Assembly (NCBI RefSeq): GCF_030013205.1
Contig: NZ_CP122648.1
Length of the DNA: 64,000 bases
Source of the DNA: Escherichia coli
Lineage (GTDB): Bacteria; Pseudomonadota; Gammaproteobacteria; Enterobacterales; Enterobacteriaceae
Reading direction: 5' to 3' (one strand)
Shown here: piece after piece, positions 55,953 to 64,000 of the stretch
How the letters are laid out: each line of letters begins with the position of its first letter
How positions within the stretch are numbered: the first letter of the stretch is position 1
The notes under the pieces: model-generated
What the model was told of the DNA's origin: nothing
The model's input: only the letters and a program-made list of their open reading frames with translations
Databases searched by the model: none
Translations under genes and position numbers: made by a program

Positions 55953-56146
55953 CCGACGCCATTCATGGCCATATCAATGATTTTCTGGTGCGTACCGGGC
56001 TGAGAGGCGGCGTAAGTGAACTGTAGTTGCCATGTTTTACGGCAGTGAGAGCAGAGATAGCGCTGATGTCCGGCGGTGCTTTTGCCGTTACGCACCACCC
56101 CGTCAGTAGCTGAACAGGAGGGACAGCTGATAGAAACAGAAGCCAC
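55871..56146 (-). CDS. insA: IS1 InsA
   Basis: 91-aa [48 protein letters not shown].... Confidence 0.92.
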   Translation of the reverse strand: MASVSISCPSCSATDGVVRNGKSTAGHQRYLCSHCRKTWQLQFTYAASQPGTHQKIIDMAMNGVGCRASARIIGVGLNTIFRHLKNSGRSR

Positions 56147-56201
56147 TGGAGCACCTCAAAAACACCATCATACACTAAATCAGTAAGTTGGCAGCATCAC
56201 C

Positions 56202-56988
56202 CATCATTACCTTCTGTACCACTAGCAATTCTGGTATCATGTAACGCTTTCAGATCATTTATTTCTTCAAGTATACCACCTTCGCCTAGTAAGTATGGAA
56301 TCGTGTCATCACATACATGAGGCATTAATAGCAGATGTTCTTTCTTTATTTTTTCTAATGTACTGGCTAATGGCTTTTCTAATAACTCGTTATAATCAAT
56401 TGCGTCCTTCCAGTTCAACTGATGATTATTTAATAGAAGCGCCATATTCTTGTTAGCTTCGCGTTGGTAACACGCCAGAACCTTGTTAGTAATCAGATGT
56501 AATGAACTATCATCTTTTCTTTCAAAAGACTTACCTTCATAACGAAAACTCAAAAAATCAGATTGTGGAAATATAATGGCTGTATGTCCTTGACGAGTCC
56601 CCATAGTAGTGGTAGTAGAAAGTGAAATTTCTATAATCACCTTAGATGAATCCGCACGCTCACCTTCAGGATTATTCATAACAAAATTCATTATTTCACT
56701 GCCATCATTATTTTTGATATAAGATGAGGACTCAATATGAGCCATCATATTTCTACCCGCTTCGTTGGAGCGTTTGCTAAAATCCACATAACCCAGGGTA
56801 AATATTTTTGCCAAAAACTCCAAAAATGCTCCAGGAGATAGAATATTCCTTCTGCTATCCTGCCCCTCGGCATTACGAGCAAAATCATTCATTCCCACAC
56901 ACCAGGTATTTAAGACTTCATTTTTTGGTTTAACATTGTCGGCTGATGCCATGTGTTGATAACAATTCAAATCTGATATTTTTGCCAT
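56202..56988 (-). pseudogene. yjgL: yjgL-like gene, 5' part (upstream of the IS1 insertion)
   Basis: MAKISDLNCYQHMASADNVKPKNEVLNTWCVGMNDFARNAEG...GTEGND runs into the IS1 end. The track ORF terminates at a stop inside IS1. Confidence 0.7.
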
Positions 56989-57110
56989 GACGGACTCCTT
57001 GAGTTAATAAGAACGTCTAAGCATTACAAATTCTACTCACAAAAAAATATCAAAAAACGCTCTTTTCACAAACTCGCCGTAAACCTGGAGTTATTTACGG
57101 CGAAAAGTCA

Positions 57111-57575
<465 letters not shown>

Positions 57576-57707
57576 TTAATTAAAACAATGTTTCATTTCC
57601 ACCGTTATACGAAAAGATGATCAATTCCGCTAGCCTTAACGCGTGAATTATTGTCTTATCACAACTTATCGGCAGGCGCGTTCCCGCCTTTCGGGTCAAG
57701 GCCAGCA

Positions 57708-58301
57708 TCACTCCTTGAGAATAGTTTTTATCGCTTCCCCCGCCAGTGCAGCTGTTGCACAGAGTTGTTCGATGGAGTGCCCCTCCCGTGCCTTCGCAGA
57801 AAGCCCTGACATCACGGTACTCATAAAATCAGTCACACATTGTGCGCTTTGTGGATGCCGCCTGGCGATATAGTCATAAATGGTCGTTTCTGCGGCGTGA
57901 TAATATTGAACGGCAATATCACGCGCTTGTGGATCATGACTATGAATACCTTCAAGAACCATACAGCCAGCGCAGCCGCCGTTTTGGCTATATCTGCGCG
58001 CCGCTTCTTTTAATACCTCAACCAGGCACTCGCCTACCGGACGATCATCACGAAGAATATCGGCAAGCGGAATAGCTTCCGTACCGACATATTCATTGAG
58101 TACACGGCTAAATAACCCAACTTTACTGCCAAAAGCTGCGTAGAGGCTCGGGGGGTTAATACCAAGATAATCAGTAACTTCAGCAACACTGACAGCATCG
58201 AAACCTTTTTGGTGAAAAAGCACTTTTGCCGCAGAGACTGCCTGCTCAGGAGCGAAACGTCTGGGACGACCTGGAACGCGAGATTGTTTTTTAGTGACCA
58301 T
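57708..58301 (-). CDS. bdcR: TetR-family repressor BdcR (YjgJ)
   Basis: 197-aa ORF MVTKKQSRVPGRPRRFAPEQAVSAAKVLFHQKGFDAVSVAEVTDYLGINPPSLYAAFGSK.... It is divergent from bdcA. Confidence 0.92.
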   Translation of the reverse strand: MVTKKQSRVPGRPRRFAPEQAVSAAKVLFHQKGFDAVSVAEVTDYLGINPPSLYAAFGSKVGLFSRVLNEYVGTEAIPLADILRDDRPVGECLVEVLKEAARRYSQNGGCAGCMVLEGIHSHDPQARDIAVQYYHAAETTIYDYIARRHPQSAQCVTDFMSTVMSGLSAKAREGHSIEQLCATAALAGEAIKTILKE

Positions 58302-58371
58302 TACAAAACTTGTTGACAGAAAGTTAAAACAGTTTTGTAATGCATGTTACATAATAAATCAAGGAGTCCTT

Positions 58372-59085
58372 ATGGGCGCTTTTACAGGTAAGACAGTTCT
58401 CATCCTCGGTGGCAGTCGTGGAATCGGTGCCGCTATCGTACGTCGTTTCGTCACTGATGGGGCCAATGTACGATTCACCTATGCGGGGTCGAAAGATGCC
58501 GCTGAACATCTGGCACAAGAGACTGGAGCGACAGCAGTATTTACAGATAGTGCTGACAGAGACGCTGTCATTGATGTCGTTCGTAAGAGCGGCGCATTGG
58601 ATATCCTGGTGGTAAATGCAGGTATTGGCGTCTTTGGCGATGCCCTGGAATTAAATGCCGACGATATTGATCGCCTTTTCAAAATCAATATTCATGCTCC
58701 TTATCATGCCTCTGTTGAAGCCGCCCGGCAGATGCCCGAAGGCGGGCGCATCTTAATCATCGGCTCCGTGAATGGCGATCGTATGCCTGTTGCAGGCATG
58801 GCTGCTTATGCCGCCAGCAAATCTGCCCTGCAAGGCATGGCGCGCGGGCTGGCCCGTGATTTTGGACCGCGTGGGATCACCATTAACGTCGTCCAGCCAG
58901 GGCCAATTGATACCGACGCTAATCCCGCCAACGGGCCAATGCGCGATATGTTGCATAGTTTGATGGCTATCAAAAGACATGGGCAACCGGAAGAGGTCGC
59001 TGGTATGGTCGCATGGTTAGCAGGGCCAGAAGCCAGTTTTGTTACCGGCGCGATGCATACCATTGATGGCGCGTTTGGCGCATAA
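58372..59085 (+). CDS. bdcA: Short-chain dehydrogenase / c-di-GMP-binding biofilm dispersal protein BdcA (YjgI)
   Basis: MGAFTGKTVLILGGSRGIGAAIVRRFVTDGANVRFTYAGSKDAAE..., 237 aa. The track ORF is extended 26 codons upstream. Confidence 0.92.
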   Translation: MGAFTGKTVLILGGSRGIGAAIVRRFVTDGANVRFTYAGSKDAAEHLAQETGATAVFTDSADRDAVIDVVRKSGALDILVVNAGIGVFGDALELNADDIDRLFKINIHAPYHASVEAARQMPEGGRILIIGSVNGDRMPVAGMAAYAASKSALQGMARGLARDFGPRGITINVVQPGPIDTDANPANGPMRDMLHSLMAIKRHGQPEEVAGMVAWLAGPEASFVTGAMHTIDGAFGA

Positions 59086-59215
59086 CCGACTACGCTCAAT
59101 TAAGCCCAGCCATTATCCATGATGTCTGGGTTTTGTTTACTCACGTCGTCCGCTAAAAGCGGCTCCCGGTAAAGAGAAATCTTCTGTTCATGTCGTAAAT
59201 CTTGAGGATAACCAA

Positions 59216-59611
59216 ATGGTAGAAAGAACCGCTGTTTTCCCTGCTGGCCGACATTCACTGTATGCTGAGCATCGTTATTCTGCGGCTATTCGTTCCGGCG
59301 ATTTGCTGTTTGTTTCCGGGCAAGTAGGAAGTCGAGAGGACGGAACACCAGAACCCGATTTTCAGCAACAAGTCAGACTGGCATTTGATAATTTGCATGC
59401 GACCCTGGCTGCTGCGGGATGCACTTTTGACGATATCATTGATGTTACGAGCTTTCATACCGATCCGGAAAAACAATTTGAAGACATCATGACGGTCAAA
59501 AATGAAATATTTAGCGCCCCTCCTTATCCAAACTGGACGGCGGTGGGCGTTACCTGGCTGGCAGGCTTTGATTTTGAAATTAAAGTGATAGCGCGCATCC
59601 CTGAGCTGTAA
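59216..59611 (+). CDS. yjgH: RidA/YjgF-family protein YjgH
   Basis: 131-aa ORF MVERTAVFPAGRHSLYAEHRYSAAIRSGDLLFVSGQVGSREDG.... Confidence 0.9.
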   Translation: MVERTAVFPAGRHSLYAEHRYSAAIRSGDLLFVSGQVGSREDGTPEPDFQQQVRLAFDNLHATLAAAGCTFDDIIDVTSFHTDPEKQFEDIMTVKNEIFSAPPYPNWTAVGVTWLAGFDFEIKVIARIPEL

Positions 59612-59891
59612 GCAATAGTGTTAGCCGTTCGTTTTCACACTCCGCCCTATAAGTCGGATGAATGGAATAAAATGCATATCTGATTGCGTGAAAGTGAAAA
59701 AGAAAAAAGCAGGAAATGTCTGCAATTATTGATACCGAACGACAGTTCTCCTCCAGAATCAAAGCAAATAAAAATGCATACATTTTGACTTTTAATTCAA
59801 ATAAACCGTTTGCGCTGACAAAATATTGCATCAAATGCTTGCACCGCTTCTGGCTATGAGTATAATGCCGGACAATTTGCCGGGAGGATGT

Positions 59892-60026
59892 ATGGTTCAG
59901 TGTGTTCGACATTTTGTCTTACCGCGTCTGAAAAAAGACGCTGGCCTGCCGTTTTTCTTCCCGTTGATCACCCATTCCCAGCCCCTCAATCGAGGGGCTT
60001 TTTTTTGCCCAGGCGTCAGGAGATAA
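59892..60026 (+). CDS. pyrL: pyrBI operon leader peptide
   Basis: The internal ATG of track ORF 59826-60026 gives MVQCVRHFVLPRLKKDAGLPFFFPLITHSQPLNRGAFFCPGVRR (44 aa). It spans the attenuator hairpin. Confidence 0.9.
   Translation: MVQCVRHFVLPRLKKDAGLPFFFPLITHSQPLNRGAFFCPGVRR
59981..60006 (+). terminator. pyrBI attenuator (UTP-sensitive rho-independent terminator)
   Basis: GCCCCTC-aatc-GAGGGGC is followed by a run of 8 T. It lies inside pyrL, 24 nt before the pyrB ATG. Confidence 0.9.
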
Positions 60027-60029
60027 AAG

Positions 60030-60965
60030 ATGGCTAATCCGCTATATCAGAAACATATCATTTCCATAAACGACCTTAGTCGCGATGACCTTAATCTGGT
60101 GCTGGCGACAGCGGCGAAACTGAAAGCAAACCCGCAACCAGAGCTGTTGAAGCACAAAGTCATTGCCAGCTGTTTCTTCGAAGCCTCTACCCGTACCCGC
60201 CTCTCTTTCGAAACATCTATGCACCGCCTGGGTGCCAGCGTGGTGGGCTTCTCCGACAGCGCCAATACATCACTGGGTAAAAAGGGCGAAACGCTGGCCG
60301 ATACCATTTCGGTTATCAGCACTTACGTCGATGCGATAGTGATGCGTCATCCGCAGGAAGGTGCGGCGCGCCTGGCCACCGAGTTTTCCGGCAATGTACC
60401 GGTACTGAATGCCGGTGATGGCTCCAACCAACATCCGACGCAAACCTTGCTGGACTTATTCACTATTCAGGAAACCCAGGGGCGTCTGGACAATCTCCAC
60501 GTCGCAATGGTTGGTGACCTGAAATATGGCCGCACCGTTCACTCCCTGACTCAGGCGTTAGCGAAGTTCGATGGCAACCGTTTTTACTTCATCGCGCCGG
60601 ACGCGCTGGCAATGCCGCAATACATTCTGGATATGCTCGATGAAAAAGGGATCGCATGGAGTCTGCACAGCTCTATTGAAGAAGTGATGGCGGAAGTAGA
60701 CATCCTGTACATGACCCGCGTGCAAAAAGAGCGTCTGGACCCGTCCGAGTACGCCAACGTGAAAGCGCAGTTTGTTCTTCGCGCCAGCGATCTCCACAAC
60801 GCCAAAGCCAATATGAAAGTGCTGCATCCGCTGCCGCGTGTTGATGAGATTGCGACGGATGTTGATAAAACGCCACACGCCTGGTACTTCCAGCAGGCAG
60901 GCAACGGGATTTTCGCTCGCCAGGCGTTACTGGCACTGGTTCTGAATCGCGATCTGGTACTGTAA
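60030..60965 (+). CDS. pyrB: Aspartate carbamoyltransferase catalytic subunit
   Basis: 311-aa [63 protein letters not shown].... Confidence 0.97.
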
Positions 60966-60977
60966 GGGGAAATAGAG

Positions 60978-61439
60978 ATGACACACGATAATAAATTGCA
61001 GGTTGAAGCTATTAAACGCGGCACGGTAATTGACCATATCCCCGCCCAGATCGGTTTTAAGCTGTTGAGTCTGTTCAAGCTGACCGAAACGGATCAGCGC
61101 ATCACCATTGGTCTGAACCTGCCTTCTGGCGAGATGGGCCGCAAAGATCTGATCAAAATCGAAAATACCTTTTTGAGTGAAGATCAGGTAGATCAACTGG
61201 CATTGTATGCGCCGCAAGCCACGGTTAACCGTATCGACAACTATGAAGTGGTGGGTAAATCGCGCCCCAGTCTGCCGGAGCGCATCGACAATGTGCTGGT
61301 CTGCCCGAACAGCAACTGTATCAGCCATGCCGAACCGGTTTCTTCCAGCTTTGCCGTGCGAAAACGCGCCAATGACATCGCGCTCAAATGCAAATACTGT
61401 GAAAAAGAGTTTTCCCATAATGTGGTGCTGGCCAATTAA
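60978..61439 (+). CDS. pyrI: Aspartate carbamoyltransferase regulatory subunit
   Basis: 153-aa [38 protein letters not shown]... with a C-terminal zinc domain (CPNSNCISH...CKYCEKEF). Confidence 0.97.
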
Positions 61440-61511
61440 TTGCGGTTGGTAATAAAAGTCTGGCTCCCTATAATGAGCCAGACTTTTTACCGCTGTAATA
61501 AAGGAGAAATC

Positions 61512-61898
61512 ATGAGCAAAACTATCGCGACGGAAAATGCACCGGCAGCTATCGGTCCTTACGTACAGGGCGTTGATCTGGGCAATATGATCATCACCTC
61601 CGGCCAGATCCCGGTAAATCCGAAAACGGGCGAAGTACCGGCAGACGTCGCTGCACAGGCACGTCAGTCGCTGGATAACGTAAAAGCGATCGTCGAAGCC
61701 GCAGGCCTGAAAGTGGGCGACATCGTTAAAACCACCGTGTTTGTGAAAGATCTGAACGACTTCGCAACCGTTAATGCTACCTACGAAGCCTTCTTCACCG
61801 AACACAATGCCACCTTCCCGGCACGTTCTTGCGTTGAAGTTGCCCGTCTGCCGAAAGACGTAAAAATTGAGATCGAAGCGATCGCTGTTCGTCGCTAA
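61512..61898 (+). CDS. ridA: Enamine/imine deaminase RidA (YjgF)
   Basis: The ATG follows AAGGAGAAATC and gives MSKTIATENAPAAIGPYVQGVDLGNMIITSGQIPVNPKTGEVPAD..., 128 aa. The track ORF is extended upstream. Confidence 0.95.
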   Translation: MSKTIATENAPAAIGPYVQGVDLGNMIITSGQIPVNPKTGEVPADVAAQARQSLDNVKAIVEAAGLKVGDIVKTTVFVKDLNDFATVNATYEAFFTEHNATFPARSCVEVARLPKDVKIEIEAIAVRR

Positions 61899-61956
61899 TC
61901 TTGATGGAAATCCGGGCTATCATGCCCGGATTAAATCTGATGACAAACGCAAAATT

Positions 61957-62046
61957 GCCTGATGCGCTACGCTTATCAGGCCTACGTGATTCCTGCAATT
62001 GATTGAATTTGTAGGCCGGATAAGGCATTTACGCCGCATCCGGCAT
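61957..62046. repeat. BIME (inverted pair of REP elements) between ridA and mgtA
   Basis: GCCTGATGCGCTACGCTTATCAGGCCTAC and GTAGGCCGGATAAGGCATTTACGCCGCATCCGGCA lie in inverted orientation. Confidence 0.85.
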
Positions 62047-62103
62047 GAACAACGCTCACTTTGTCTGCAATCTGAATCGGGGCTATCGTGCCCAGTTTAT
62101 TCT

Positions 62104-64000
62104 TTACTGCCAGCCGTAACGACGGCTATAGAACCCTTTCACCAACTGGGTTAACGTCATATACCCTGCCAGAATCGCAACCAGCCACGGGAAATAGCTT
62201 AACGGCAGCGCCTGCAGCTGCAGATAACTGGCCAGCGGTGAAAACGGCAATGCGATCCCGACAATCATCACGATCACGGTCATGATCATTAACGGCCACG
62301 ATGCACAGCTCTGAATAAACGGCACACGGCGGGTACGGATCATATGCACAATCAGCGTTTGCGACAGTAAGCCCACCACAAACCATCCCGACTGGAACAG
62401 CGTTTGCGTTTCCGGCGTGTTGGCATGGAATACCCACCACATCAGGCAAAACGTCAGAATATCGAAGATCGAGCTGATCGGTCCGAAGAAGATCATAAAG
62501 CGCCCCAGATCCGCCGGATTCCAACGCTGCGGCTTTTGAATTTGCTCGTCGTCGACGTTATCAAACGGGATCGCCACCTGTGACACATCGTACAGCAGGT
62601 TCTGAATAAGCAAGTGTAACGGCAACATCGGCAGGAAGGGCAAGAAAGCACTCGCCACCAGCACGCTGAACACATTACCGAAGTTAGAGCTCGCCGTCAT
62701 TTTGATGTATTTCAGCATGTTGGCGAAAGTGCGACGTCCCTCAATAACCCCCTCTTCCAGCACCATCAGGCTTTTTTCCAGCAGGATGATATCAGCCGCT
62801 TCACGGGCAATATCTACCGCGCCGTCCACAGAAATGCCGATATCCGCAGCGCGTAAGGCGGGCGCATCATTAATACCATCGCCCATAAAGCCAACCACAT
62901 GCCCTTCGCGCTTCAGTAAGGTCACAATGCGTTCTTTATGCATCGGCGTCAGACGAGCAAACAGCGTGGTGCGCTGTGCGAGATTTGCCAGTTCGTCGTC
63001 AGATAGCGTTTCAATATCACTACCAATGACCACCTCTCCCGCGTCCAGCCCCACTTCATGGCACACTTTCGCTGCAACTAACTCACTGTCGCCAGTAAGG
63101 ATTTTTACGGTAATTCCACTCGCTTTTAATGCCTTCAGTGCCGGAGCAGTTGTCTCTTTTGGCGGATCAAGGAAAGCAATATATCCTTCGAGGATCAGGT
63201 CGGATTCATCCGCCCGCTGGTAATCTCCTTCACGCGCTGGCAGGTATTTCGTCGCCACCGCAACCACGCGCAGCCCCTGACGATTCAGCGTATCAGTAAC
63301 CCGCTTAATCTTACGCAGCATGATGTCATCGAGCGGCACAATCTCGCCATTGTGACGCACCTGCGAACACACATTGAGGATTTCCTGCAATGCACCTTTG
63401 CAAACCAGCTGATGGTGCTCGGTATTTTCTGCCACTACCACCGACATCCGGCGACGCTCGAAATCAAACGGAATCTCATCGATTTTTTGCCAACGACTGG
63501 CCAGCGAGCGCGCTGACTCTTCATCCGTACCTTCGAGCACCGCTGTATCGAGCAGGTTTTTAAGTCCGGTCTGATAATGACTGTTCAACCACGCGCTATG
63601 CAGCACGCGTTCGCTGGTTTTACCGGAGATATCGGTATGATTCTCCAGCACAATTTTGTCCTGTGTCAGGGTGCCAGTTTTATCAGTGCACAGAATATCC
63701 ATTGCGCCAAAGTTCTGAATAGCATCCAGATGTTTGACGATCACTTTCTGTTTCGACAGCTTTACTGCGCCGCGCGCCAGCGTCGAGGTAACAATCATCG
63801 GCAACATTTCCGGCGTTAAGCCTACCGCGACCGAAAGCGCAAACAGTGCCGCTTCCCACCAGTCGCCTTTGGTGTAACCATTGATTAACAGCACCACCGG
63901 AGCCATCACCAGCATAAAGCGAATCAGCAGCATACTGACGCGGCTGATCCCTTGCTGAAAGGCATTCGGCTCGCTTTCCTGCTCACTAACACGCCCCGCC
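62104..64000 (-). CDS. mgtA: Mg2+-importing P-type ATPase MgtA, 3' part (gene continues past the right window edge)
   Basis: The ORF remains open to the window edge. Motifs include ILCTDKTGTLTQ (phosphorylation site), MGDGINDAPAL and the terminal ...GFYSRRYGWQ. Confidence 0.95.
   Translation of the reverse strand, partial: AGRVSEQESEPNAFQQGISRVSMLLIRFMLVMAPVVLLINGYTKGDWWEAALFALSVAVGLTPEMLPMIVTSTLARGAVKLSKQKVIVKHLDAIQNFGAMDILCTDKTGTLTQDKIVLENHTDISGKTSERVLHSAWLNSHYQTGLKNLLDTAVLEGTDEESARSLASRWQKIDEIPFDFERRRMSVVVAENTEHHQLVCKGALQEILNVCSQVRHNGEIVPLDDIMLRKIKRVTDTLNRQGLRVVAVATKYLPAREGDYQRADESDLILEGYIAFLDPPKETTAPALKALKASGITVKILTGDSELVAAKVCHEVGLDAGEVVIGSDIETLSDDELANLAQRTTLFARLTPMHKERIVTLLKREGHVVGFMGDGINDAPALRAADIGISVDGAVDIAREAADIILLEKSLMVLEEGVIEGRRTFANMLKYIKMTASSNFGNVFSVLVASAFLPFLPMLPLHLLIQNLLYDVSQVAIPFDNVDDEQIQKPQRWNPADLGRFMIFFGPISSIFDILTFCLMWWVFHANTPETQTLFQSGWFVVGLLSQTLIVHMIRTRRVPFIQSCASWPLMIMTVIVMIVGIALPFSPLASYLQLQALPLSYFPWLVAILAGYMTLTQLVKGFYSRRYGWQ

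Larger units (their letters stand above)
55434..56201 (-). mobile_element. IS1, complete 768-bp copy with an 8-bp target duplication
   Basis: The ends are GGTAATGACTCCAACTTACTGATAGTG... and ...CAGTAAGTTGGCAGCATCACC. CATCATTA occurs at 55426-55433 and again at 56202-56209. Confidence 0.93.

Noticed and set aside
60927-61805. 292-aa ORF on the minus strand
   Set aside because: It is antisense to pyrI and ridA and crosses their intergenic region. It has no recognisable motifs and is a shadow ORF.

Overview
This is an Escherichia coli chromosomal segment. It is collinear with, but inverted relative to, my memory of the K-12 fim-leuX-mgtA region. All identity calls rest on reading the translations and recalling E. 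coli proteins; no searches were run. The layout is as follows. (1) 1-8.4 kb holds the type 1 fimbrial operon fimH(partial)GFDCIA on the minus strand, the fimS invertible switch apparently in the OFF orientation, and fimE and fimB. (2) 8.4-14.1 kb holds the fimB-nanC regulatory region, split by a complete IS2 with a 5-bp target duplication, followed by nanC-nanM-nanS. (3) 14.1-19.8 kb is a mosaic accessory stretch: an HNH type IV-like nuclease, a truncated paralogous fragment, a CP4-type prophage remnant (RadC-like, antirestriction, DUF932), an internally deleted IS66 element, a secreted phytase-like protein and an IS629-like end. (4) 19.8-27.6 kb holds the ferric citrate system fecIRABCDE. (5) 28.5-31.0 kb holds IS911 with IS30 nested inside it. 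(6) 31.0-32.5 kb holds a 5'-truncated unknown ORF and an AbiJ-like HEPN gene. (7) 32,978-40,319 is a 7.3-kb islet bounded by 28-bp direct repeats of the leuX 3' end. It carries an unusually long tyrosine integrase, a NIPSNAP-like protein, a 1-kb ORF-free segment, a frameshifted DUF1643 gene, a res-like site with a serine recombinase, a DUF4062/TIR-like protein, a 2-TM protein and an XRE regulator with an extra domain. This islet is my best candidate for an undescribed conflict or defence module. (8) 40.3-64 kb is conserved core: leuX, ahr, yjgR, lptGF, pepA, BIME cluster, holC, valS, yjgN (in-frame TGA), yjgM, rraB, argI, yjgL (split by IS1), tabA, bdcR, bdcA, yjgH, pyrLBI, ridA and mgtA (partial). 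No rRNA genes or CRISPR arrays were seen.
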